From NCBI GenBank assembly GCA_000182565.2, contig KQ257462.1: a stretch of DNA of 64,000 bases; one strand, 5' to 3'. The position numbers were made by a program, and so were the translations under genes. Within the stretch, counting starts at the first letter, position 1. Each line of letters opens with the position of its first letter. Below, one piece after another: positions 1-11,003 of this stretch. The notes under the pieces were generated by a model. The model was not told the DNA's origin, made no database searches, and saw nothing but the letters and a program-made list of their open reading frames with translations. This stretch comes from Spizellomyces punctatus DAOM BR117. Its lineage: Eukaryota.

Positions 1-2
1 TG

Positions 3-401
3 CATGATGAGAACCGATTTTCCCCCGACGCGCTCCAAGAGCTTACTTACCGCCTCTGCTACCTGTACTGCCGTGCCACGCGAAGTGTTTCCGTATGTCC
101 ACCCGCTTATTACGCGCATTTGGTTGCTGCTCGAGCGCGATTCCACGCAACGGGCGAAGGATGGAGTGAGAGTTCAAGTGAAGGAAGTGTGTCAAGCAAT
201 GGGAGCGCCCAGACTGTACCGAATGTGGCTGCTGTCCCTCTTGGTGGTATGATTGGTGTGCCGAATGGTAATGGGATTCCTGTGGTGGCGCCAGCGGCGG
301 CGGGGGTTGGTAAAAAGTGTGCTGTGAAGGAGGGTGCGGTGCGAATGATGAATTACGGCGTTGTGAAGGAGGAGTTGACTAAAGTCATGTATTTCATGTG
401 A
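3..401 (+). CDS. Argonaute, C-terminal end of the PIWI domain (gene starts before the window)
   Basis: Frame from position 3 reads [48 protein letters not shown]...TKVMYFM*. This is the canonical AGO C-terminus ([17 protein letters not shown], terminal MYF). Confidence 0.95.
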   Translation, partial: HDENRFSPDALQELTYRLCYLYCRATRSVSVCPPAYYAHLVAARARFHATGEGWSESSSEGSVSSNGSAQTVPNVAAVPLGGMIGVPNGNGIPVVAPAAAGVGKKCAVKEGAVRMMNYGVVKEELTKVMYFM

Positions 402-925
402 GAGTGGTTTGTCTTTATTGCCATGTGGTGGACTTCTGCGTACTACCTCTTGTTTGACGGCGTTGGGATGAAAGGCGTAAGAGAATTGGACAATGGAATA
501 AAAAGTGTCGCTTTGGGACAAAAGAGGGGTTAGTTGTTGTTTGTTGACTTTGGATTTTGTCTTGAGGATGTTTTTTTTTGTTTTGTTTTGTAGCGATACT
601 TTTTATATGTTGTCATCTAGTATTGTTGTTTTTTTTTCTTGTAGCTTGCATCCTATGTTCCCTTTTGCGTTTGCGTTGTGTGGGCTTTATAGTCTTGTTT
701 AATATTTTTGCTGCGTGGGGTTCTTTTTTGAATTTATGAGAGGCGTGGGGTTTGGGTCCGGACGTTCTATTTTATGTCGCTGTCGTATGGTAAGAGGTGA
801 ATGGTATCAGGATTCCTAGTATAACCAGGTAAACGGAAAAGAACGCATTCCATCCTTTTTTACAGTACACTGCCCATGAAGAGCGTCCATGTAGTTCTCT
901 TTTATATTTTCCAATTCAAACATGA

Positions 926-3395
926 TCATCCTAACCTAATCACAGATTTCTGGTCGGCACGTAACGGTTCGCGTACCATGGAACAAAGCATCGAGCGTGC
1001 ATATGGGGTACTTGAAAGGCCATGATCAGCGAACGCAAGTGAGAGTTTGTGTCTAGAGTATAGAGGTAAGAGCGTGAGAGGGGGGTAAGGAAGGAGATGT
1101 TTTGGAGGGAACTTACCTGGGGTCTTTGAGGAGGTCTTGAGATGTGTATCCGGGAATATTATACAAGGGTTTCTTAATAAAAATAAACAAATACATAAAA
1201 AACCGAAAAAAAAAAGAAAAAACCGAAATACAAAAACACAAACAGATTTCTCAGCCTTTAGAAAATGTGTCCACGCTTCCGTATTCCCCCAAATCCTCGT
1301 CCAATCACTCTGAGCCTGAACTGCCACTGTAGCGCGAAGGGCATCTAAACGTGCTTGGAGTTTCAGAGATTCTAAATGTGTTTGACGAGTTTGGTGGGCT
1401 TTGGAGAGTTGTTTTTGGGTTTGGAGGGTTTGGCGGTGGTGTATGCGGGTTTGATTGTACTTTGCAAAGTGTAAGTGAGAGGTTTTGGAAATGAGATTGG
1501 GAGTAGACGTACTTGAATGCGATGGAGGGTTTCGATTGTATACGCTTCTTGGAGGTCTAGTGAGGTTTGGATTTGGGAGAGGAGTGTTTGATGTTTTTTT
1601 GTGTGGTAGGTTTTTAGCATTTCTTGGGTTTTTTGGCGGGTTTGACGGGTTTGTTCCTATTTAACCCAAACACGTTTATTATTTTCGTTAAGATACATAA
1701 TTGTGCTGTATCGTTTTGTTGTTGTTGTGTACCTCCAATAAAAGCCGTTGCTCCTCTTGGTTCCGCAATCGAATCTCCTCAACACGCATGTCATGTCGAA
1801 TTTGCTCCATTTTCTGATGTCGCCATGTACGCACTCTTGCATGAAGATCCTCTAACCGCTCCATACGGTCCTGAGTTTCCTGTTCAGCGACAAGAGCCCG
1901 ATGGTGGTCTATGGTAGCTTGCGTGTAGAGGGTTAATGTATCGGAAATATGTTGGGTGAGTGTGGTTTGGAGGGTTGTTTTGAGGGATTTAAGTGTTGAG
2001 GGTGTGTGGAGGGTTTGGTGGATGTGGAGGGCGTGGGACTGGGGTTGGTTATGTAAATAAAGTTTTTGTCGAAAACAAATAATGGGATATGAAGGGGGAC
2101 TTACTTGGATAACATTGCGATCGAGTTGGGGTAATTCAATGGAACAACGGTCCAAGCAGAGTGTCCAGCGATGAGGGTGTGTAGTCGCCATGTACTCTTG
2201 GACAATTTTACGAATCCGGAGACGGTTGGAGGGGTCTAAATGGACCAAGTGGTCTGTTCCAGCTGCATCTCGCAGGTCCTGAAGACGAGTATAAAATGTG
2301 TCGAGGAACCTAATGGGTGTAAGATATTCGTTTTTTGCAACATAAACAAGGAGTTTCTGGTATTACTCTTTGTAGATGCTGCGTTGTTGTTCTTGGATGC
2401 CTAGATCTATGCAGGGGATATCCAAAAAGGGGGCAATGTGTCCGGCGTACTCTGTCCATGGGTTTAGGATGAGATCATCAAGGTCTTCGTAAGGTGATTT
2501 GGTTGTATCGGGTGTATCAAGAGTGGATAACTGAGTTATGAGCTATACGATATAATAGATATGAAGTGAAAACCGTGTATTGATATGCAACACAATGGAG
2601 GGCATACCTCTTGTTGACGCTGCTCTATTCCGTGTTGGGTAGATTTTAACAGCTCTAAACACTCTTTTCGGCGTATAGGGTCCTTGGCAGATTTGAGACA
2701 CTTGACAGTGGTCATAACGGGTGTTGAAAGACCTTTTTTGTGCGAAATGTTAAAAACTACGTACACTAGAAGCAATTTATGACGACGGTTTTACTTTTAA
2801 ACCATTCTTCTCGGTCGGTGTCGAGGTCTTGGATTGTATCTATTATTTCTGTCATGGTGTGCAAAGACTCGTGTGGGTCGGATAGGGAAAGAAAGGTTCG
2901 TAATGCATCATGAGCGGATCGTTCTAGGGCGGTTCTGAATGTTTTTGTGTTAACTAAGAAATGGGTGTTGAATGGTGGAGGTGGGTTGATCAATACCGGC
3001 TTGTTTCTAGTCGTTCGTACTCTGATTCCCAGATACGACGATGCTGACGGAGAGTATGAGATGTATGATTTTGTTTGACGATGCGGGTGAGGGATTTGAT
3101 CTGGCGTTTGCTTGTTGTGTTAGCTTTGAAGATTACTTTAATTTTGGGATGACCTTTGAACCTTGCTTCCAATCTTGGTGTTTTGCTTGTACACTTTTAA
3201 TCGGGATCGTAAGGTATCGGGTGTGATGGGGCAAGTCAAGACATGTCGTTTGGTGAGGAGGGAATCCGTTTTGGAGTCTAGTTATGGTATTTATTCGCCG
3301 GATTTAGTGTTTTAGTTGGTTTGGATGACAGAGTGTGTAATAGTGTGTAATAAGGAGAAGGGGTCGTTACCTGCAGAGTACTGTTTTGCAGGCAT
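926..3395 (-). CDS. CCDC148-like coiled-coil protein (multi-exon)
   Basis: Spliced pieces HTLRQHRRIWESEYERL, VAVQAQSDWTRIWGNT and KLSLAFADHGLSSTPYARSML resemble CCDC148 motifs ([47 protein letters not shown]). Probable ATG at 3395 (MPAKQYSA, then GT donor). Internal exon boundaries not fully resolved. Confidence 0.7.
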
Positions 3396-3781
3396 GGCGT
3401 TGAAATAACGTGTTGAAAGGATTTTGTTTAAACTTGCGTGATCTATGATGAAAGGCGAGATGGTTCAGATAAAAGCGTAAATCGCGGGGTACTGGCGAAC
3501 ACGATGTTTTGAAAATCGTTCAGAATGTGCAGGGGCTCACCTGCATGATTTCTACCGTCTTTCCACAGACATGTACATGAAAGCAGTAGCGTTTTTTAAT
3601 AGACGAGCATACACAAGGAAACCTGTTCGCAAGGATGGTGATCTGCACACCCAAAACGCGCTGACATAACATCATTGGAACCTGGTTTTAAATATTTTTG
3701 GTTCAACGACTCCTTTCAACAGTCCTTGGCTTTTTACCTTCCATTCTTTTTCGTTTTCATTTTTTGTCCTCATTTACAAGC

Positions 3782-4540
3782 ATGCCACCTAAACCCACAA
3801 GCAACCCCCCACCAACAAGCACAACCACAAAACCCAAACCCAAACCAAAAAAACATCCCAATCCTCTCGCAAGAAAATACGGACATCACCTCACACCCAA
3901 AACAAGCGAATCCCTTTCCACCCTCCGAAAACAAGTACGAGATGCTCAGCGGTTATTGAAAAGGGATTCACTACCGGCGACACAACAACAGGAATTGCAA
4001 CGGAAAGTCAAGGCGTTGAAAATACAGATTGAGGATCGGATGCGGTCGAGTCGGGAAGAGAAATTGTGGGCAAAGTACAAGTATATTCGGTTTGTGGGTA
4101 CGTTTCTTTTGATCGAAATACAAAACCAATATGATTTCATAAAGTGAATCTTTTAACATCCCTTGTGTGTATTCTTTACAGAACAAAAGAAATGTACTCG
4201 AAAACTCAAAGCCCTACGTACACAATTATCTACGCAGGACACAAAGGACCCGACGGCGCTCCACGAAGCCGAGACGAACCTTGCCTATACAATACACTAT
4301 CCGGCGGATTTAAAGTACATTTCCTTGTTTCCCAAAGAAGGGATGCAGGATCCTGTGACGGATGCGCGGCGCAAGAGGATTTGGGAGGTTGTTTCGGGGC
4401 GGGTGCGGAATGGGGGGTTTGGAAAGGGGGAGGTGTTGCGAGGGCGAGATGTGTTTGGGGAGAGTTCCAAAGAGGAGGAGGAGGATGCAGTGGAGGAATC
4501 AGAAAAAGAGGAAGAGGGAGATGACTTTTTCCTTGAATGA
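3782..4540 (+). CDS. EFG1: rRNA-processing protein Efg1
   Basis: LRKQVRDAQRLLKRDSLPA...KYKYIRFVE/QKKCTRKLK...NLAYTIHYPADLKYISLFP and an acidic tail ending DDFFLE; one intron ~4098-4181. Confidence 0.88.
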
Positions 4541-4595
4541 AGGGAGTCCGAATCATTTGTATCCTCACACCGCTATCTGGGGGTTCTTTGTTTTT

Positions 4596-5509
4596 TCAAG
4601 ACGTGTTCTGCGCTTTCCACCACTCGAAATACCCCGCAACAAACTCTTCCTGTCGAACCGTTTCAATCGCCTTTCGACTTCTTCTGGCTCGTACGTACGT
4701 GATTGCTCGTAAGGGTGTCCGAATGTATGCGTTGCGGAGTAAGTAACAGCATGCCAAGACTCCCGCCCGACCTACACCTTTTTATACATTTCAATAAAAC
4801 ATTTCGTGAGACGTTACTCTTTTTTGGACTTGAAATGTTTGTTGGTGTTGTAGTTTACCTCCTCGACAATGACATAATACCCTCACACCACGCCGAATCT
4901 CTTCAGATACTCTCTGCAAAACCAGATCCATTTCCTCAAAACTCGATGGAACGGATCCTTCCAGCATCGGAAGTCTACTTTTGCAAGATCAGTATCTTGT
5001 CGTTACATTCTAAATCGTAAAAACCATACCGTAGAATGGATATCCCAAATGAGTGTGCAGTGGCTGCATAGAGTGCCCATGGAGCACCCAGGTAGGATAA
5101 CTCTGCATCATTAAGACAGCTATTGAAAATGAGGGAAAACAATGTAATGAAAGGAAATGAATTTTGCAAAGAAAACCTTACCAAACAATCAATTGAATAC
5201 GAAAAGATACAAGTCGTACGAAATCGGTTGGTAAATCCCTATTTATCATGGCTTTTAAAAAAAAACGGTTAATATACATACAGAACACTTCAAATGTATT
5301 TAATGTTGATTACCACGACCATGCAACGGCCCATTTAGTCGAACTTTTTTACCAGGACACGAACTCAAAAAGAGTCCACCCCCATCTTTCAAGTCACTGC
5401 ATTTCGCGAGATGGTCCAATAGGTCTTCGGGGGGTGATGGGGGTGTTGTTGGGAGGAGGGGCGTGAGGTTGAGTGGATGTGTAAAGGATGTACGGGGGAG
5501 TGTAGTCAT
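4596..5509 (-). CDS. CDKN3-like dual-specificity/protein-tyrosine phosphatase
   Basis: Spliced active-site loop VLCHCRGG/VGRAGVLACCYLL (CX5R); N-terminal LFLSSCPGKKVRL and CLNDAELSYLG; C-terminal AITYVRARRSRKAIETVRQEEFV. Confidence 0.85.
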
Positions 5510-5670
5510 TTTTTGAAATGTGTGTGATGAGTTGGGCTCTGTTTGTGTTTTTGGCGATGGGTGGGGTTTGGCGATGGCTGACTCAGCTAGGTCATGTGAT
5601 GTTGCGAGAAGCTCATCTGGGAGTCGTTTAGATTCTTTGAGCATCGTCGAGCATCTCAAGTTGGTTTGCA

Positions 5671-6153
5671 TTGACGACAAAACACATACATTTATACAAA
5701 ACATTAATGCAAACAAGCGAGCTCTCATCCTCCATCTCCCTCCTCCTCCTCACGACGCCTCTCATCCCCTTTTTCTTAATCTCCGTCACAATCTCCGCCT
5801 ACATTTTCACACTCAGCATCCCCATCCTCCTTTTATACGCCTCACTCACAATCCTAAAAGGAACCCTCAAAGCCATCTACCGTAAAAATATCCTCCCATT
5901 TTTGTATCGATTGGCGGGGTGGGATATACCCGTGCAACCTAGTGTCGTTGAACCTGTTTTTGTGGGTAGCAAGAGTCCTGTGACGTTTTTGCCGTTACCG
6001 CCTAGATATTTGGATCGGGGACGCTGGAATGGGGCTGCGAGGTGGATGGTTAGGAGTGAAGTCAAGCAAGAGGGGAGTAGGAGACGGCGGAGGTTGTCTG
6101 ATCCGGGGATGGAGAGGAGGGAGTGTGAGAGGGAGGTTGGGGAGTTGAATTAA
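5671..6153 (+). CDS. Small hypothetical membrane protein (true start uncertain)
   Basis: 160-codon ORF with a ~45-aa hydrophobic stretch (ISLLLLTTPLIPFFLISVTISAYIFTLSIPILLLYASLTIL) followed by a charged tail. Confidence 0.45.
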   Translation: MTTKHIHLYKTLMQTSELSSSISLLLLTTPLIPFFLISVTISAYIFTLSIPILLLYASLTILKGTLKAIYRKNILPFLYRLAGWDIPVQPSVVEPVFVGSKSPVTFLPLPPRYLDRGRWNGAARWMVRSEVKQEGSRRRRRLSDPGMERRECEREVGELN

Positions 6154-6951
6154 GAGTGTGGAAGGGGTTGTTTCTGTTGCGTTGAAATTATGGAGGGTGT
6201 GATGTCGGGTTTGGATGAGTAGGAAAGGATTTATATAGAGCTTTTTTGAAATCCGGTTGGTTTTTGCTGTTTCTTGGGATTTAAACAAAGTTGTGGCTCG
6301 ATACAACACTGGATATGGAAAATCGGAACACTATTTGCTATATACTTTTCAGTCTGTTGAACAAGTGTGATTTTCCCGGTTATTTTCGACGAATTTTGAA
6401 TCAACAACAAAAAGAGCTTGGAGGGAAGGTTGAAGCAGGTCGCATTCCATTATGCGCGTTCATGTATCAACTGTTCTTGGACATGGTTTTTTCGGGCGTT
6501 GAAGGGAGATGAGCTTACGGTGTGGAGATTGATCCGCTATACACTTGGTATTTGATAGACCACATCATCGCATGGGAATGCATGCTCTGAAATTGTTGAT
6601 AGTGTTATTTTTTGCATAACGTCCATACGCTAATCAACTAAAGAGGACAACAACTTAAACGACTAGATAATAATACTATTCGAGAAAATACTTGACACTT
6701 GCAGTGCATGTTTGTTATTCAACGTGTTTTGGAGTTTTGGGTTTCTATTCCAAATGATTGTTTCAAGATGTGAGGATGAGAGCGGGTGTAGATTGTTTTT
6801 GACGACATTTACAAGAAAAAGCATCCAGAATCAAACGTGTTGAACGTCTATGGATATAGGAAAATCTCCATAGTACATGTCCTTATATCCCTATGGTCCA
6901 TCCCAATCTCATCCGCACGACACAACAACAACACAAACCCAACACCCAAAT

Positions 6952-7362
6952 TCAAACAAATTCACCAACACGCACCCCTCTCCTCCTAAACTCCCTCAAA
7001 CTCCTCCGATAATGAAAACAATCCTCATCAACATGACACCTTAAATCAACCCTCTCTTCATTCGGATAAAAAATTTCATTGACAAAACACCATCCATTGG
7101 AACACCCCAATAAACAATCTCGATCCTCCAAACAGAATTTATGGGGTGAGAATCGGTTTCGGTTGAATGTGGGTGTGCGTTTCCAGCAGTAGCCAATGTA
7201 GCATCCGCAATAGTTTTTTGTGCATTTTATTGGAGGGGTTTCTGATGTTTTGTGTGTTGGTGTTGGGATTGGGATTGGGGTGGGGTTTGTGAGGGATTGT
7301 GGGAGGGTTATGAGGAGGACGAGGAGGACGGCGAGGAGGAGGGTGGGGAGGTTGCGATGCAT
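6952..7362 (-). CDS. Small secreted cysteine-rich protein
   Basis: Signal-peptide-like MHRNLPTLLLAVLLVLLITLPQSLT, a P/T linker, then 10 Cys including CTKNYCGCYIGYCWKR, CLLGCSNGWC and CHVDEDC. Confidence 0.65.
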   Translation of the reverse strand: MHRNLPTLLLAVLLVLLITLPQSLTNPTPIPIPTPTHKTSETPPIKCTKNYCGCYIGYCWKRTPTFNRNRFSPHKFCLEDRDCLLGCSNGWCFVNEIFYPNEERVDLRCHVDEDCFHYRRSLREFRRRGVRVGEFV

Positions 7363-8214
7363 TGGATGTGGTTGTTGTGATGCACACAAGTTTTGGACAA
7401 GAAAAACACTGAAAGACGTGAACTGGATGTACAGGACTGTATGGAGAGGAGGGGGGGCTGAGTAGCGTGGCGAGGTTGGTGATTATGTCATGCAGGGTCG
7501 GAGGTTCATCGGAGGGTGCTTCCAAAATGACACTTGACTGCTGCAGATGTTAAACTTTTTGAACCCCGATTTCTGGTCAAAGAAAAAATCTTGTTTTGTT
7601 ATGCCAGAATGGACATGTCTCGGTTATTATCAAACAAATGTATTTCGTATTTGTTTCCAGAGAGCAACCTGAGCGTTTTAGGTACATGACTTATTTCATA
7701 TCGTCGTCGGATAGAGTCCAGTTTGGGCAAACGGACACTTTTAAGCCACATGATGTTTGTTCATAAAGCAATGATGCATTTTCCATACATGCAAAAACCT
7801 AAAAATATTAGTGCTCAGAGTTTACTGTCCAACATTTTCCTTGTCCGATTTCATAGGTTTCGTCCATTTGTTCATACTTACTCGACACTCAAGTATATTC
7901 TACGAATCATTGCGTTTAGTGAAAGGTTTGAAAGTACGCAAAACTATGTGTACATTGATTCGCGAGTAGGTTCTTCGTTATTTTGCAGAGTACGATGAGT
8001 GTACTTGGCCATAAACAACAAAACCGCAAGCAAAACCAATGTGTTTTGGAAAGGTCTTTTGGACGGTATTTTCATCCTATATATGCAATCGTCCAACCTT
8101 GCGTTTTTGCCAAAAAAAAATACATTTTTTGCACAAGGCGAGAATGGCATTTCGGCATCCCATTGAATAACCGATAGAAGCCAACAATTTGCTCAGAAAA
8201 AAACAGATTTTTTC

Positions 8215-10337
8215 TTATTCGTTTTTACCATCCCGCCTGACATGGATCTTTACACCCTGCTTTGAAAAACATTTTGAAAGAACTGTAGACTCTACAAAAC
8301 ATACCAAACAGCATAAACCAGAAACAAGTGCAGCAGCGTAAAAAAAAGAAAAAAGAAAAAGAAATCAACAACTGATACTTATCACCTAAAAAAGAAAAAT
8401 TTAAACACCCTTGTCAAAGCACTTACCAGAAACCCCAGGAAACTCTTTCGGATGAAACACTCGAAAAACCTCACTAAAAACATCCCGTCCATTGAAGGGC
8501 ACCCGCACATCAAACACCAAAAACCTTAACCGAAATTCCCCGGATATACGAACACTCAAATCACTGAATACAAAATACAGGCCCGGTGTGCCTGTTGGGG
8601 ATGTTAGGACGTGGCAGGGGGAGACGAGGGAGCCGACCAGAACGGGAGTTGGAGTTGATGTGAAGGGGTTTAGAATGATGGTTTGGTTTTCGGGCGTATG
8701 TGCGGAAAAGAGCGAGGCGTGGGCTATGAGGTGTGGGGCAGACGTGTGGCTATGAAAAAGACGTGTTAATCTTGCGGGAGTGTGTAAACGTGGTTCATTG
8801 GTTATTTACCTGACTTGAGTGGGGTCCGAGAGGAGGAGTTGGAGAATGGGGGGTGGGTCTATGGATAGATTAAGTGCCTATACGAACAGTTTTACAAAGA
8901 AAAAGACGGGTACCTATCGGTCGTCTACGTATCCACAAACACATTATCAAAAAACAAAAATGTCACTACGAGGAGAACATGGACCAACACAGGCAGTATT
9001 ACGTACCGATCCTTTTCCCCAAACCCAATCATACGCGCCCGATTCGGCTGCTGAACCAACTCCAATCTCGAATTTACCATCAACTGGGCAAACCGTTCAG
9101 CATCGTCAGAAGGGATTGGAAAGAAAGATGACGGTTTGGGTTTCTGCTTTGTTGTGGGTGGGCGGTGTTTTGTTCGGGTTTTGGTTGTTGGTGGGCGGGA
9201 TTCGGCTCCGCTCGCGTTGGAGCCTGAGCCACTGGAAGAGTTTGTCGGAAGGGATCGAGAGGAGCGGGAAGAGCGGGAGGAACGGGTGGAGCGGGAGGAG
9301 GTGGGGAGAGAGCGTTGAGGATTGCTGCTGCTGGCGCTTCCACTACTTGTGTTGCCGCTTTTGGGATTTGGGGTAGGGCTGCTGGTGCTGCTGCCGGTGC
9401 TTGTATTGCGTGGACCGAGAGAGGCGGAGGCGGGTTCTTCAATAAAGAGACGGAGTTTTCGCGAGTGTTTGGGAGGGGCGTGTGTGTTTGATGCAATTGT
9501 CGTCGTGTCGTGTCCATTCGGCGCTGGTCCCTTTTGCTTGGTCACCACAGGTCCACTCGGCTCTCCTCCACTCGATGCCGAATCCCTATCATGTCCACTC
9601 GGTGCGTGTCCACTCGATGCCGAATCCCTGTCATGTCCATTGGGTGAGTGTCCAGAACCGTTTTCCAGATCGGATCGATCAGCCTCGGTTTGGGGCTTTT
9701 CCGATTGTTGATTGGATGTGTGTCCATTTGATACGGTAGTTGATGATGACGTCGAGTCATCTTTTTCGGGTCCTCTTGACGGGACTGTGTCACTGGGCGG
9801 ATCTGACTGATCCATCTGAGCTCTACTCTTTGGTGGTAGTCTGTCACTCCCGTCACGGGCGTTATGGGATTCAATCAGAGATCCACTCTGTGAATCGCCA
9901 TGTGAAGAGTGTCCTGGGTGTGGACGCGGTGATGATAGGGTATGCGGTGGATGATGCGAGTAGGGATGATAGGGCAAGGGTGCGTATCCATGAGGATAGA
10001 CATGTCCGTATGTGTGGGCATGGACGTGTCCATAGTGATGGTGATAGGGAAAGGAAGGACACACTGAGGATGGCTGTTGTGACTCGCGTGCGTATGGGAT
10101 GGATGGCGGCTGGACGAGGTATGCAGGCAGTTGGCCGTGTTGTTGGGAATGATGAAAAGGATACTGATAATGAGGTGGGTATGGAGGCACGCATGCGCAG
10201 GGAGGAGGAGCAGGAGCAGGAACAGGAGGAGGATGGTGGTGGTGATAGTGGTAGTGATGAAATGGTTGTTCCTGTTCTCTACAAACAGTGGGAGGAAGAG
10301 AATCGGAACAAGAAGAAGAAGAAGAAGAGTCTGCCAT
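8215..10337 (-). CDS. Velvet-domain transcription regulator with long H/P/S-rich N-terminus
   Basis: LELVQQPNRARMIGFGEKDR, IDPPPILQL, LVGSLVSPCHVL, GLYFVFSDLSVRISGEFRLRF, FRVFHPKEFPG and LSKCFSKQGVKIHVRR are all velvet-domain motifs, spread over several exons. Confidence 0.92.
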
Positions 10338-10438
10338 GACAAAGCCTTCTCTCTCTTCCCTCTCTCCACCAACCGTTCTCTAATCTCTTCTCTTGCAAGT
10401 GTAAAAGTGAGAGAAGAAGAAGAGAATCTGATAATAAG

Positions 10439-10440
<2 letters not shown>

Positions 10441-10471
<31 letters not shown>
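10441..10471. repeat. (GT)n microsatellite
   Basis: About 15 GT units, upstream of the velvet gene. Confidence 0.95.
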
Positions 10472-10472
<1 letters not shown>

Positions 10473-11003
10473 AAGTGAGAGTGAAAACAAACAAATGCCT
10501 GCGAGAGAAAGACGGAAGAAACCAAAAAAAGAACAAGACAACAACAAGAGTGAGACAACACGTGAGTTTATATCTTACACGCAACAAACCTCATATACTC
10601 TTGACAGTTATTCTCTCTTTCATTTCTCTCTCTCTTTATCAATCACATTCACACACTCACACATTCCACTTTATATTCATACACACACTCACATGCATGC
10701 ATTATTCATATCTATTAATTACATTCAATAACACTTATTGTTGCTTACTATCACACTAGTTGTTCATCGGTCAATGTTCAGATCGCCGATCTTCATTTGC
10801 AATACATCATATCATGTGATATTTGTCACATGAACATCACATGATAGTCATCTGATTTGAAAAAGTAGTTTTGCAGTTTTGTGCGGCCGTTGGAGGAGGG
10901 AATCGAACCCTTTATCCGTCATTTGGATGACTCACATGTGGTGGTCAAGATCCACTTGTCTGTCGGTATTTGTCATTCCCTGTCCTTGGTTCGCAGCGGC
11001 ATC

